Assembly (NCBI GenBank): GCA_043228905.1
Contig: JBHGNT010000015.1
Coordinates: 20,088,001-20,152,000, forward strand
Length of the DNA: 64,000 nt
Direction of reading: 5' to 3'
From: Azolla caroliniana
Taxonomy: Eukaryota > Plantae > Polypodiophyta
Shown: positions 11,128-26,030 of the stretch, in pieces
How positions within the stretch are numbered: position 1 is the stretch's first letter
Layout of the letters: each line of letters opens with the position of its first letter
The notes under the pieces: model-generated
Seen by the model: only the letters and a program-made list of their open reading frames with translations
The model's database searches: none
What the model was told of the DNA's origin: nothing
Made by a program: the position numbers and the translations under genes

Positions 11128-14100
11128 ATGGCTTCTCTCTCACCATCGCCCTCTTCTTCTTCGTCTTCTACCACTACTACCTTCCTCTTCTTCTTCCTTC
11201 TTCTCCTCCCGTGCCTTTTCTCAGCCCTGCCTGTATCAAGTTATGCAAAGACGACTCCTCTTCCTCCCAAGAAGGCGGCCTTGTACAAGAACCCATCTGC
11301 AGGTGTGGAGGAGAGGGTAAAAGACCTTCTTGCGCGAATGACACTCATGGAGAAGATCGGACAGATGACTCAGATCGAGCGCTCTGTTGCAAATGCGTCC
11401 AGCATATCCGCCTTCTTTGTGGGTAAATACAAATACGATTACATTGCTACACAAATATGTATTATACCAATACAAGTTCATAATATGCATATACACACAC
11501 ATACATATGTATACAAATATACGTAATATACTATTAAAATTAGAAATTCAATTACGAACGAATACAGAATCAAATACATATGCGAATGAATGCATATACA
11601 CTTAATTTTTGAATTAATTTTCATTTCAATTACACTCCTCCAAATGAACTACAGAAACAAAATCGAGGTAAAGAAGATAATTTACAGTGTTACTTAAATA
11701 AGTAGATAAATCAGTACTGAGCTGATCCATCCATCCATTCAGCATTGATATTCTTCAAAAAGAAAACAAACAAATGAAAAGAGAAAAGAAGAAGAAGTGC
11801 TTGTATTCTCCTTGTGGTGAAGACACGCATAATTCCAGTATATTATCCAAAATTAAAAGTACGTAATTCATAAAAGCATACATTTAATTTTCAGCATTCG
11901 TGCCCTCCCATTGTTACTGAAGAAATATGGAAGGAGAAGAAGAACTCTCTGTTCTTGCATTGTCTTCATTACCTTTTAGCAAATTATATACTTCCACTAA
12001 TTCAAGATAACGAAATGAAAGCAAAGAAAAAAGAAAGTAAGACAGGAATGAACATGGACGTGTGCCTTGTTATGATATCAAGTCGTTGTCTCATGTTATG
12101 ATATCAAAAATCTTATTAGAGAGCTTTGTTTTGCTGATCTTTACTAGCAATGTCGAAGTTTAACAAACTTTTCTAATATTGTAGTATTTTAAATATTTTG
12201 ATTTTCATAATGTGATGTCATCCTCTCTTTGTCTATTCATGTGCACAAATCTGTCTAACTACACATTGTTCTCTTTCAATGAGATTATCCAATGTAACCC
12301 CCCCCCCCCCCCCCCCCCCCAAAGTGAGATTGACATGCATAAGTTACTACAGAGCTTAATGGCTTGATGATTCCATAAGTGATGCTTTATCTGAGATGGG
12401 TAACTTAATGTTGAATGTATTGTGTGCTTTCAACATGTAATAGGAAGTATTCTTAGTGGGCCTGGGAGTGCTCCAAGTCCTCACGCATCACCAACTGCTT
12501 GGATGGATATGGTGGATGGATTCCAGAAGGCAGCATTAAGTACAAGGCTGGGGATCCCCCTCATGTATGGAATAGATGCTGTGCATGGCCATAACAATGT
12601 CTATGGAGCAACCATCTTCCCCCACAATGTGGGTTTGGGCTCTTCCAGGCGAGTGAGAGATTATCTCAACTACGATTGCATTGTATTTGTATGCATATAT
12701 GTGTGTGCATTTCTATGTGTTTGAGACTGTATGCGTGTATGTGCAAGGAAATGTGTTTTGTAACATATGTGCATGATCACTTGGTTTGATATTTGTATGT
12801 GTTTCAGACTGCATGTGCTAGATTGCATGTATGATATGTGCCTTGAGGATGAGAATGTGTACGTGCATGTGCATGTGCAAAAAATGACCACAAGAATTCG
12901 TGTATGTATGTGTCTTTCCCTATTAACTATGTCATCACAATCTTATGCACACATTTCATCTCTGTGCAGGGACCCAGATTTGGTAAGGAGGATTGGAGAA
13001 GCCACTGCCCTTGAGGTCCGAGGCACTGGCATCCAATATGTATTTGCACCTTGTATCGCTGTAAGCACCCAAATAGATTTTGTTTTGTGTAAATTTTGGG
13101 TTATGCCTATAAATTAAAGCTGTATCAAGTGTTGCATTTGTGCTACACCCTAAACACTAAGAAAGACCTGAATGCTTTTGAGATATCTTTGTGATAGACC
13201 ATGTAATAAGCAGAACCTTTTTCGCAGGTTTGTAGGAATCCTAGGTGGGGACGCTGTTATGAAAGTTACAGCGAGGATCCTCAAATTGTTCGAAATATGA
13301 CTGAAATCATAGTGGGTTTGCAAGGAGCTCCTCCAAAACCAGGTGTTCCTTATGTTGCTGGACAGTAAGTTTCTATCATCTCATGGTCCTGTTTATTATA
13401 TCATCTCTTTAGCTAGCTCAAAGATGGTCAAAGATACACAACATCGTCATCGTCCATCATAAGAAAATCATAATGTCATTACTGTAACAATCCGTTAGTT
13501 TTTTCCCCTTAAACAATCCTTGATTACAATGTCAGCATGATGACAGCCCATGATTTGGAATCATGTCTGTAGGCAATCCTTGATATGGTGTCATTTATAC
13601 ACGCTAACCTTGATTTGGTGGCGTTATTGTTCTCAGGCGTAATGTGGCAGCTACAGCCAAACATTTTGTTGGTGATGGCGGCACTGTGAATGGCATTGAT
13701 GAGAACAACACCGTGACTAGTTTCAAGAGTTTGGTTAATATACATATGGTGTCCTATTTTGATGCCATTTCAAAGGGTGTATCTACCATAATGACATCTT
13801 ACAGTAGCTGGAATGGGCAAAAGATGCACGACAACAGATTCCTTATTTCACATGTGCTTAAGAAACAGCTTGGATTCAAGGTACAGAATCATTCTTTACC
13901 TGGAATTGATATGCTGTATACAAAAAGACTTATGAGAACACGTTTACGATCATATATATTCCCTAATGCTATCTGTACTCAACATTGAGTTCACATGCTG
14001 CATAGATGGAAACTGCCATACATATACATGATCGTTAATACTCCTTTGCAATATATATTCACATTGAATTCATACATTGTTATATTCATGGTAATTGTCG

Positions 14101-15780
14101 TACTCTCCCCTTTGCTGTGTACTAAACATTTGGATCATATGCTGCATACATGGTAACAATTCTAACATTTGCTGCATACTTTTGTGGTTCGTTAATCTAG
14201 TAAAGTATCCTCTAAGTTAATAGGAGAGATGCACTTGTGTGGCTCCTGGTTGGTTGATTCCTTACCTACATTACTCGTTTGCTATACTTTGTGAATAGAC
14301 TTCATTTTTATCTGATCAGATTTGTGATATGCAGGGCTTTGTGATCTCTGATTGGCAAGGGATTGACAGAGTCACTGATCCTCCAGGAATCAATTATACA
14401 TTCTCAGTTGAAAAGGGTATTAATGCTGGGCTAGATATGGTAAAATAGATCCACCATTCATAAATTGTCATTATCTATACTTCACAGTAACACACTATAT
14501 GTGAAGTGGTTGTATACGGCATAATGTTTGTGAGATGGTCTTATACAGATTATGGTACCGTTTGACTATACATCTTTCGCCAATGACGTGCATCAATTGG
14601 TTAAGTCTGGTTACATTCCGATGAAGAGGATAAATGATGCAGTAAGTAGAATCCTCAGAGTAAAGTTTACAATGGGTTTATTTGAAAATCCACTTGGTGA
14701 TCGAAGTCTTACCAGCATGGTCGGTGCACAGGTAAGCTATCATTGGTACATTTATACATATATTTGCTTTTCACCGTTCAATTTCTCTGAAGATTTGTGA
14801 TGTGTTTTATAATTTAGAAACATAGGAATCTGGCTAGAGAAGCTGTGAGAAAGTCTCTTGTTTTATTGAAGAATGGGAAATCAGGCGATGCACCATTCCT
14901 TCCTTTAAAGAAGAAGGCATCAAAGATCCTTGTAGCCGGTAGTCATGCGAATGACATTGGATACCAATGTGGAGGGTGGACAAGCTCTTGGCAAGGCTCG
15001 AGCGGCAACATTACCATAGGTGGGATGATTCGTGTTACCTCTCAAGGTTTCTAGATTGATCATGCAGTTCACTCACATTTGATATGTAGAGCACAACACA
15101 CCTTTGATGAATATAGCTACAAGTAGCTCACATCTGATACATATTACTACAAATAGCTCACATTTGATCAATATAGCCACATGTAATCACGCTGTGGCAC
15201 TAGACAAATCGAACACTAACAAATGAATCTAATGTGCATGTTTCAATGGATTGTTTTTTTTTTTATGCCCATGTTCACTAAAGGTTTCCCCACTACAGGC
15301 ACGACTATCCTTGATGCTGTTAACAACATTGTTGATAAATCTACCCAAGTTGTCTATAAACAATCACCAGACACAGACTTTGTGAAAAACAAGGGATACT
15401 CATATGCTATTGTCGTGGTGGGAGAGGAACCATATGCAGAGTTCTTGGGTGACAGTACAACATTAACAATTCCAAATGAAGGCATACAAACTATAAAGAA
15501 TGTTTGCACCTCTTTAAAGTGTGTGGTGGTACTTATATCAGGAAGGCCTCTTGTGATTGAACCATACTTGCCACTGGTTGATGCATTTGTAGCTGCGTGG
15601 CTTCCGGGGACGGAAGGGAAAGGTGTCACCGATGTTATATTTGGAGATTATCCATTTCAAGGAAAATCGTCGCGGACATGGTTTAAGAGAGTTGATCAAT
15701 TACCCATGAATGTGAATGACCGGCATTATTATCCTCTTTTCCCATACGGTTTTGGACTGACCACCAATACTAATAAATAA
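11128..15780 (+). CDS. Glycoside hydrolase family 3 beta-glucosidase / exo-beta-D-glucanase, secreted
   Basis: Exons 11128-11422, 12444-12648, 12970-13060, 13228-13364, 13637-13880, 14335-14439, 14549-14731, 14818-15019, 15299-15780. Hydrophobic signal peptide; [52 protein letters not shown] (nucleophile D), VGEEPYAE (acid/base E), AWLPGTEG. Confidence 0.96.
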
Positions 15781-17360
15781 CATGTAGTTGGTAGGCGAAA
15801 ATTTTCCTAAACACTACTAAAACTATTCCAACCACCATCATTGCCATTGCGACATTGCTTCCTGTGTATCACATCAAGGATGTTTTTTTCATTGTTTTTC
15901 TCAGTATCCTTCTACATCGATTGTACCATGATCGATTCATTGGAAATCCCAATATTATTTAATTGTGTTCCCAGCATTGGGTGAATGTTCGTGAAGCTGT
16001 TTATATGTATAATGAGCTTCGTACTCATGTAAATGCACTTGAACATTCTTTCTTTAACATGAAACAGGAGAATGAAAATTTCACTGGTAAGTTGTAACAT
16101 TGATGGTACATTGTTTTAAATTACACAAGAGTTTGATTTAGTTATAGACGGTTATGCCTAACCATGAGTGCAATTTCCTCAGAGGTGAGAGGAAAGATAA
16201 ATTTTAATATGGGTATTAAATCACAAGGCAACAATAGCGAGGGCATGTTAAGTACCCAAAATTGTGTAATGCATTTTGTTCCGAGAATATTCAAAAACAA
16301 TTTTTGTTTTCAAAAAAGAGGGCATATTATACTTAACTCCTCATGCTTCATCTATGACTTACATCTTTCTTCAGATTGACTCACATTTTGCAATATTCGG
16401 AAACTATTTTTTGCATGTTATTTGTTGATGTATATCCCAAAATCCTAATCCAAGTCAAAACTTCAAGCCAATTGCTTCCAAGATGTTTAAGATGTGTAAT
16501 TTCCAGCATTTATGTTGGATGATGATATTCATAATTTTCATAAACACACTAAATTTCATATTGATTACTTATGAGTCAATGCACCCTAATCTTTATTCAG
16601 AGAAATGCATTTCCATAGAGTAGCTTTTAAGAATCCGAAACAATCATCCATCCCTTTTCTATATTTAGCTAATCTACTTCCCCTTTGACGTTAGTTATTT
16701 CCATTCCTTGAGCTCGCTCAATGGTAACTAGCTATTATTCAGAGATAATGTCCTTGTTGTCGCTCAAACCTAGATTGTTTTGAGTTTGTGTCTACTGTGA
16801 GGAAAAATAGGTGGTAAATGCAATGACCGAAGTACTAATAGATTGCATCTTTGAGATCACCAAGCCTTCCTCAATGACATTTTGATAAAGGTTGAAGAAG
16901 ATAGAGATGAGACCTTAGATAATGATAGGTTCATACATTTTGTGGCAAATCACGTTGCCAATTATAAGAAAGTATTACAAAGATTCGAAGTTGTGCTTTT
17001 GGCATTCTTAGGTGACAAGTTGGCTTTTGGACTATAGGATATTCTACTAGTAGGGTACTTGTGTGGGTCATATGAGCTATATGGTTGGGGTTCCAACTCA
17101 ATTCTTGACTGTGGTCTCATGTAAACATGTGTCATCAAGACTGCTTTTGACTTCCTTTGTGCATTAAATTACCCTCAATCAACCCTTTAACCTTTTCTCT
17201 TTGTCGCACTTTTGCACCAATAGTCCTCGCCTTGTTGACCCTTTATTATCCCTCCTTTATCCTCTATGTTGATCTTAGTGTTGTTACTAGTGGTCCCCAT
17301 TACAATTATAGGCGCCATCTTTTCTATGTTGTTGTGGAGCCTTCAATTGTTATCTATAGA

Positions 17361-17750
17361 GATCGATTTAGAGTGTGAAAGGGCCGAAAGGCCGAAAGAA
17401 GTATAAGAAGAAGTTTTGGTGACCGGATGGCCGGAACATGTAGCCGGACAAAGTGTGAAAAATTGTCGAAGCCGAATAGTTGATTGTGTGAAAGCAAAAA
17501 ATATTAATATGCTGAAAATATTATTAATATGTATAAAGTAGAAAATGTAAATAGTAGGATGTTATAATTGTTAGTTAGGAACGGTTTGCCCAACGGCAAT
17601 ATAACTGCTCTATGCTTTCCTATATAAAAGTGGCATGTGTATTGTATGGGGTGCTGGAGAAATTTTAATATAGAAATATCTTTGGAGTATATAGTGTCTA
17701 CTATATCTATAGACTATGTTATTTTATTTTTAGTTCTAAGTTTTAAGGTA
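17361..17750 (+). mobile_element. Possible LTR-like fragment
   Basis: Compositional break with GCCGAA/GCCGGA motifs and a TATATAAA at 17621; TATCTATAGA repeated at 17351 and 17704; termini not resolved. Confidence 0.3.
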
Positions 17751-18619
17751 CAGAGCATAGAGCCAAATTGCCAATCAAACATAACCCCATCAGCCAAAGA
17801 GTTAGTGAATAATCTATTTGTTTATTAATCTCTTGTTGTAATTTCCATACCTCCAACCACAGGACATTTAGTGATTAAGTATCCAACCTGTGTTTTACCA
17901 CGAGGGTGGAACATCAACCTTGTATTTCCACTAACCTCACCAAAAGCTCTCTTATTCCATCATCTTTACAACATCAACTTCCTCAATCATCAAGGAATCT
18001 TACTCATTTGGCTCCCTCACTTGGACCAATTTTTATCACGATGTCACTAGTCCAATTTCCTTCATTGTGTTTGCACAAAAGAACACATAGATATCTTAAC
18101 TTGCCATATCCATTGTGTAACTTACAATTTTCTCTCAAATCATTTTTCTCCTTTGAGATGATCAAAACACATACAAAGGAAACAACTAAAGATTTCAAAG
18201 GATTTGCACTTCAAATAATTCTAAATGTTTGTAAGGATGACATTGGCTCCAAAATCTTTATATCAACATATTTCCTAAATATTTAAATATAAGTGCAAAT
18301 TTACGTCATACTAGTCCCACAACATCTTCATGATTGTGGTCACATATTGTATGACACAAATATAGCATGAATGTCTTTGAGCTCCAGAATGATTAACGTG
18401 AAGAAATGTAATAATCAAAGTTGAGAAGCACAAATCTTTGTGGATGAACCTCGATGATGTGGCCCACAATTGTCTTATGGATTTGCTGAATCCAACAATC
18501 TAAGCCCTTAGAAAGGTTCACTTAGCTACAAATCTAACCCAAGGTAGAGGTTGAACACCCTTCACATGTTATGAAAGTGAGCAAGGGACATTTCCATTTT
18601 GAAAGCTTGGTTGCAAATG

Positions 18620-18917
18620 CTATATTGCAATTTAATTCTGTCAACTTTGATAACTTTTTTTTTTTTGTGAAATAACATTCTCACAACCTTTTTTTAGTCT
18701 TAGAGAAAGAACTGTTTGACAGGATGACCTCGTACATTTATAAATGCCCATTATCTTGATCATTCATTGTTGTATTGCAACTAAATTCTCTCAACTTTGA
18801 GAACTTGTCATTTTAGTGAAATAACATTCTAACAACCGTTTTAATCGTAGAGAACAAACTCTAGGACACAATGACCTTGTACTTTGATAAACGCCCATTA
18901 TCTAGATCATTCATTGC
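18620..18917 (+). repeat. Diverged ~150-bp tandem duplication
   Basis: TCAACTTTGA..GTGAAATAACATTCT..ATGACCT..GCCCATTATCT.GATCATTCATTG occurs twice. Confidence 0.8.
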
Positions 18918-20090
18918 CTTTGCTATTATGAGCATGTACCTAAAAATCTTTTGTGGTGTTCCACAAGTTTTCTAGATGGTGTGAAAGAAAAAAGAACATT
19001 GCTTTGTAAAGCGCAACCATGAGCTTTCTTTGAATCAACTCTCCTAATAATTCATGTCTTCTTACCAATTTTCAATACTTGGAATCATTAATGACTTGTT
19101 TCTCTTTTTTCTTGATAATATTATAAGCTCTATGTCGATTACTTACTCGAGAAATCAATATGCATGTTTGAATACAAACTAACACAAGCTTATACAGTCA
19201 ACTCGAATTCCACGACAAGAGATTACATGCTAAAGCATAGTTTGCCTCATAAAGCAAACTTTTGACATCCTAACAAATTAATACATGTACACACATATTG
19301 GCAATAAAGTTATCAAAGTTGACCTCTTAGTTATGCAGCTTTATAAACCTCGACATTTAAAAAATGCCTCATTTCTCTTTGATTAAATTTTGTCTTGTAA
19401 TATTACATTTAACCTTGGTTGTTGGTGATCTTTACCAGTTTCCAGTCTGGCAAACTTGCAATGAACCTAGAAATAGTTCAAATTCTGGAGGACATCTATC
19501 TACGGTTAAATCGCAAACTCGAGATTTATTTTATAGTCTAAGATACAATAAAAAGGACAGTAATTCCCCACATGCTCGTGTAATTAATTTTACATATTTC
19601 AGAAGATCATTTTAGATAGAAGAAACTGGCAAAAAATTTATCCAGATACTTTTATTTCAGATTTGATATTGAGATGAAGAAATCAAAGCAATAAATAGCT
19701 AGACACTTCATTAATTCAATAAAATACTGTAGTGTCACTTCGAAGCTCTTCAGTATTTTCAATACACTGTTTAGGAAGCTTTCTGTGACATATATGTACA
19801 GGGCTTGAACTTTCCTGTCTTTTTCCAAACTCCAATAATATATGTATTCTTGGCAAAAAAACAAAGAGTTTTAAAACTGGATTTATGAATATACACTCAA
19901 GAAGCAAAAGATTATATATGCTTTTCTCTGGAATGATGTGAAAATGACTCCTTGATGGGGAACATACAATGGACTTTATTCCTATAACATTTGAACCAAT
20001 GGTTGTGTTTGCTGATTGCTCCTTTATCATTTCATCCAGCGTCAAATGTTCTTTTTTTACCATATTTATTTATAATCATCCAAGCATATC

Positions 20091-23000
20091 TCATCTGTGC
20101 TTTTGGGCATCTGCCAGTGACAAAGCCAAAGCAAGCATTATCTGTTCTTCAAAGCTATCTGGAACCATAGGAGAAAGCGATGTACTTGATGAGGGCTGAT
20201 CAATCGTTCCCACCTGTACAGCTTCAGAATTAGGACATTCTGATGTAGAAACCTTACTATCTCTTCGTAGCAAAGGTAAAAGAGTTCTTGACCAACCAGA
20301 TATAGAACCCTTACTATCTTCTCTTCCAACTGTTAACCTTGTCCAATTATTCAATACTTTAGCAGTCTCTAGCTTTGCTTGGTCATTCTCTCTTTCTTCA
20401 TATTCATTTACACTATCTACATTACACTGTATATGACCTTCCTTTTTCATCTTCATTGTTCTACTCCTAGTCACACTGTTTGGTGGGGATCCGGCAGTAG
20501 CTTCATTAGCAATAACAGAATTCAGTAGAGCATTTCTGGAGCACTTCCTTATCTCAACGGATTTTTGTGCAGCAATAACAGAATTTACTGGACCACATAT
20601 GGAGATATTAGTTGTCTCAGATACCTGAGAGATACCCAGATTTCTCTCAAACCTGTTAGCTTGCCTTTCTGCCAAGACAGCAATTGCTCCTGCTAAACTT
20701 CCCGTTACACCCATGTTTGTTCTTTCAGGTGTAGATCTCATAGTTCCATCAATAGTAAAATTTGCACTTCTACTACTTGGGTTTCCAGATCCTCTGATCT
20801 TCCAATCTAATACAGCTCCCTGTTGTGATTGATCTTGGTCCTAAAAGGTGATGAAAATTTATAACCATCCAGATAGTTTAGTTTGAAATAGATGGGATGC
20901 GGATATTCAAAGAGGTACTACTGTATCCACTTATGCTGGGTACAATGTTGAGATTCAAGTAAAAGGTGCTGACTACAGATAATATTGGAATGTATCACAT
21001 GAATTAGCAATTTATCCTTCTCATAACATAAGAATGTCATACTGTATTTTCTGTGCATAAAAAACTTTCTAGAGGTAAGAAATAAAGGAATACCTTCTGT
21101 CATTTTGTTTAGCTTTCTCTAGTGGTAAAGTGAATCCCAATTCACATAGCATCACTAGGAGAGAAAATGATTCTTACAGTTACTCTTTAACAGGACTGTA
21201 TATGACGATAGTATTTTTTCACCTGTCGGCTCCTTTTCAACCTCAGAAAACGGTATCCTCGCAACATGCTCCACGAAAAGTTGGACCCCTTCGTAGCTAG
21301 TGCAGTTAACTTTGCCACTTGAAACTTCAATGTCAGAACTAACCATCAATCGAGATTTCCCAGCTCAAATCATGTTGGGCAATAACAAGACCTACCATGA
21401 TGCCATGGGAGTATGAGGGATGAAGCCCCTGCCAATCAAGTTCTTCTGGTTTACGCACTCAATGTATGTCACCAGGAATCAAACTCCATCTTAGTCAAAG
21501 GAAAGACAGACCTTTGCGATGGGGATAACATCAATACATTCCTGGTGAAGAAAGGTTCGCAAATCAAAAAACCGTAGGGCTAGGAATGATTGTTGCAAAT
21601 GATGGATCCAAGGGAGAAAATCTCCTCGTCTAAAGCCATGTTCTACCCTCAGTTACAAGCTGAAATCCGAGATTTTATCATAGATTTTAGTCTAGAGTTG
21701 CCAACTGTTCTTATTTCAGTGCCGATTGCATTGAGGCTTCACACAAAGCCTGCCAGAGATTGCATTGTGAGCATTCTCATCACGAGGCAAGAATGTCCTC
21801 ACGCCAGAGATACTCAACGCAGACATATCACTGCCAGATGTGAACATAATTGTGGCGTAGATGTGAGCAACTACTCCCATCTACACCAAGACTTCCAACG
21901 AGGGTATAGTGAATTCCAATTTCACGTGGCATCTCTAGGAGAGAATTATCCCATCTTACAGTGACTCTTTAACACAAGGAGTGTATATCTCTCAAACGTA
22001 TTTTTTGTATGTTCCACTTGTAATAGTATCACACAAATTTCAATCAAGTATAAGTGAAATCCTATTAATCTAATCCACCAGAATCTCTATTACTCAAAAG
22101 GAAAGTATCTTAATCATCCACTGACGGAATGACCAAAAGCATGTATCCATGGGTCCTAAAATCAACTTTTAATTGAACCTGTGGAATGAATTTAACGAAG
22201 CCACTGAATGTCTTAAGGATTACATGACAAGTCACACAATTCCCAAAAATGTCCATTAGTAAGAAAATAATATTGGCAGAGGGTGAGAGGCAGCATGGAC
22301 AAGTACCCAAGACACATCAAGATCCTGTTCTTCCTTCTTTCCCTACAGCGTATTCTGCTTGCCAGTGCATCAGAATTTTTGTGAAATGATCAGGTAGGAT
22401 ATCACAGATGCAGGGGTAGATCACTATGTTTGAATATTGTGGTTTGATTTGGATCAGAGATCCAGACTCAAGAAAGCCGATCTCAGACCATTGTCTCATA
22501 TTATTTTATTGCATCATCAACAAAGAACCAATCATGAGTTTGGAAGAGAGTACGAAACAGCACGCACTGTCAGATGTGAAGCTGTGGCTCAGGTGGGGTT
22601 TGCATGTGATGATGGTGCATGCACATTATCCAGCTTGAAAGTCACCCTTGTAATCAGTTATTCAGTAATGCTATTTCTATCTATCTGGGCATCTGAATGC
22701 TTTCCTTTCCTCAATGCATGATCTGTCAAAATTAGACTATTTAATTTTCTTTTGCCATGTCGCTGTGCTTGTTCTTCTATCCTTCACTTATGTTGCCATC
22801 TCTTTTACTTATTTACATTTCTCTCATTTAAGCTTTACACCTGACTGACCTACCACAAAATTATCATATTTGCCTTGGTGTCTTCATGAGATTGACTTGC
22901 ACTCGGATTATGGTAGATGCACTTGTAATGGCCAAACATTCATATTTATTCTCTATCTTCTTTAATAAGAAAAATAGCAATTACCTGAATAGAGAGCCAA

Positions 23001-24177
23001 ATGGCTTCCATGAGCATGATGTCTTCCAAATCAAAATCAAAATTTTCCCTGTCACTAGAGATTGTAGACATCCATAAGCAACACGATATTTTAGAGAGCA
23101 CATTTTAGATAGGGGGCCAGAATATACCTATTTAACTGGTAAATGGAAGATCCATGAGACTCTGCTGCATGACTAGGGATCGTTGCTTCACCGTCATGAT
23201 CAGATCCATTTTCTCTTTCAATTAAGAAATCGTGGGATTGAGACACCCAATTTGGCTGAGTAGGAACAAAAGAATCCTGACGGTCTCCAATAGTTCTAGC
23301 TTCCATATCTTCTCCATCACCTGAGAACAATCAAAATTATTAAAAAAACAAGGACACCAGAAGCATTTAGATTTGGAAAAGATGTAGTAAGGGCACAACC
23401 ACTTTGCTGACTGTTGTCTCGCCTGAGCATCCATTCCTCATCTTCGTGTAGCTCCCTCTGTCGGATCCTTATTTTTGCCTCTATAACCTTCTGCTCTTCC
23501 TGAAACGAATGTACATAATATTATCAAGTACCTGAGAAATCAAAATATATTCTTCAAAAAGAAGAATTGCACAATACCGCTTGTTCCATGCTCTTTTCCT
23601 CCAAAGACTTCAATCCTGGATATTCGACCCCATAATTTGTTATCTTGCAAAATGGGCATCTATACACAATAAGAAATACCAAACAGAGATAGATAGTATG
23701 TAGATTCATGAGAAAAACTGTGAAGGATACTGTACGGATCGAGCTGGGTGCAAAGTCTTGATTTGCAAAAAGCATTCTGAAATTTTTCAGCCATTAATTA
23801 CCCCTGCATAGAAATGAGAACTGACAAAAAGAAAACAAAAGAAATTTACCTGTACATATGGCTTTGGTACAGCATTTTGACCTGTTTAAGCTTGGATAGG
23901 ACTGATTAAGTTCCAAAGCTTAGGACATTCAGAAAGATAAAAACAAAATATAGAATAAAGTTTCAAGAACTGAAAGAGACAATACCAGGAAGCAAATTGG
24001 ACACTCATCAAGATCTGCAGAAGGATCCTCAACACCAGGAAAGCAAGGTGCCAATCGGCCTTTGATGATGAGCCGCTTTAATTTTCGAGTGTCCAAGCCT
24101 ATGTGCTCATACAATCCCTGAGGTTGAGTATATTTATCCTCTACCACAGGTCTGCATCTTGTAAATCTGTTGCCCAT
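20091..24177 (-). CDS. DA2: RING-type E3 ubiquitin ligase, DA2/GW2 family
   Basis: Exons 24177-23986, 23901-23850, 23776-23731, 23659-23578, 23499-23400, 23320-23128, 23054-22985, 20840-20091. MGN..YTQPQGLY; LAPCFPG; ECPICFL-SYPSLNRSKCC..ICTECFLQ..CPFC; EEQKVIEAKIR; DLEDIMLMEAIWLSIQ; C-terminal PDSFEEQIMLALALSL. Confidence 0.93.
21100..22750 (+). mobile_element. Possible highly decayed L1-type LINE remnant in the last DA2 intron
   Basis: Intron is 2.1 kb versus ~70-80 bp for the others; broken frames give weak L1-RT C-terminal-like strings (e.g. QKTVGLGMI near 21565). Confidence 0.3.
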
Positions 24178-24929
24178 ACTGAATGATATCAAGTGTTGGA
24201 AAAGTCTCCAGCCTTTCAACATTGGAAGAATACCTTCTACTTCGAGTTCACTTATGGCTGTGTTGAAGAGAACAATGAGAGGGAAATCAGATAAGAACCA
24301 CGAGTTTCTTAACATGAATTCAAAAAATAACGCAAACCTTCAAGGTCTAACTCAGTTATCGCCGTGCGAAGGTCGCTAGATACAGAGATGCAATCTGAAT
24401 CAATGCTGGCATAATTCAAAAAACCCTACAGAATTATAAAACCATATAAATCCACAGTTGAAAATCAACTAATGTTACCAATTGCTATAGAGTTACTTCT
24501 AATCAAATGATTAGTGATGTAATCAGCATGTGCTACAAATAGACGCCTGAGCAATTAATCACCAACCTAATCATAACGCTTGAGCTAAGGGCACTCTCTG
24601 CATCCCAGACAATACCCAAAGGTGAGCGCTTCTATAGGAATCAAATATGCACATGAGGAACCATACCTTCCACCAGAGTATTACATATCTAAATGAGGGT
24701 GGAACGCAAAATTATTACAAAGAGAGGCCTTTCCTTTATAAATCCAATCCTATGGTTCATATAGACTATAGTTCAGCCAGATCATATGCCAAAATGGACT
24801 ACCTCTAACTCCTCTGTATGCCTGTCCAAATATTATATCTTTAATAGCAAAAAATTCTTAACTTGTTACAACTTATGCATATGCATATAACAGAAAGGCA
24901 TTGCGAACTTTTTAAGACAATAGACTAAT

Positions 24930-26030
24930 ACATGCCACACCTTTCGATGATAGAAGAAAGAGATTGATACACCCCACGCACTTCAAAGATGAAATACAAA
25001 GGTTTATTACATGCAAGAAGAGAAGGATACATCCCACACATTTCTTAAGATAGAAGAAAAGGATTAATGAGACCACACCTTTCTGATATAGAAGATTAAG
25101 ATTAATATATACTTTCGAGGTCTAGCTCAGCTATAGCCGTTCAAAGATCAGCAAATGGAGAGATGATGCTTGATCTGGATCGAATCTTGCATCATTTTAA
25201 AAAAATTAAATTTACCGAAGCCCAAACCACAGTGACATTCCTGTTGAGATACTTTTCTACAATAAATGGCAAATATTACTTCACGCTACACCTTTATTAA
25301 GATAGAAGCACAAGATTAATACACAGATTGAAGGTCTGGACCTGCCATAGCCATGCTTAGTTCCAACATAAGGAGATTGCAATCTCTGATTAATGCCTGC
25401 ATAGCTTAATCAAACCTATAGAATCATGAAACACTAAAACTCAGACATGGATGAGATGAAGAGAGTAAATTCAGAAATAAGGCAGGACTTTCTAAGATTT
25501 ATAAGCAAAAGATTAGTATTAATTACCTAATCTTACTTCTACGATAGAAGGAAAAGAGCAGTAACACCCCTTATTTAAGATAGAAGAAATATATCAAAAC
25601 ATAACACGCCTTTCTCAATCTAGAAGCGAAAGCTTAACTCATTCTTTTGAAGACTAGCTCTGCCATAGGCGTGCAAAGTTCAGAAGAGAGCAGAATGATT
25701 CGCAGAGACGAGTGTGTTGAAAAGAATGAACTTAAACAGAAGATTTTTCTTAAGTTAGGAGGCAAAGATCAGTGCAAAACACAACTTTCTTAAAATAGAA
25801 GCGAAAGAGCAATGCATACCGCGACTTCCTTAAGCTACAAGAGAAAAACGATACGTACCACATCTGTCTTGAGATATAATCAATGCATACCACATCTTTC
25901 TTTAAGATACAAGAGAAAAAACAACGTATACAGTATCTTTCTTCGGATAGAATCATTACACACCTTGAAGGTCTGGCTCTGACATAGCTGTTCAAATATC
26001 AGAAAGTGGAGAAATGCTTCGCTATCTTGA
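24930..26030. repeat. Old diverged tandem array in presumed DA2 5'UTR intron
   Basis: About ten (TA)AGATAGAAG-like motifs; GAAGGTCT(G/A)GCTC.G.CATAGC module at ~25117, 25330, 25649 and 25967. Confidence 0.65.
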
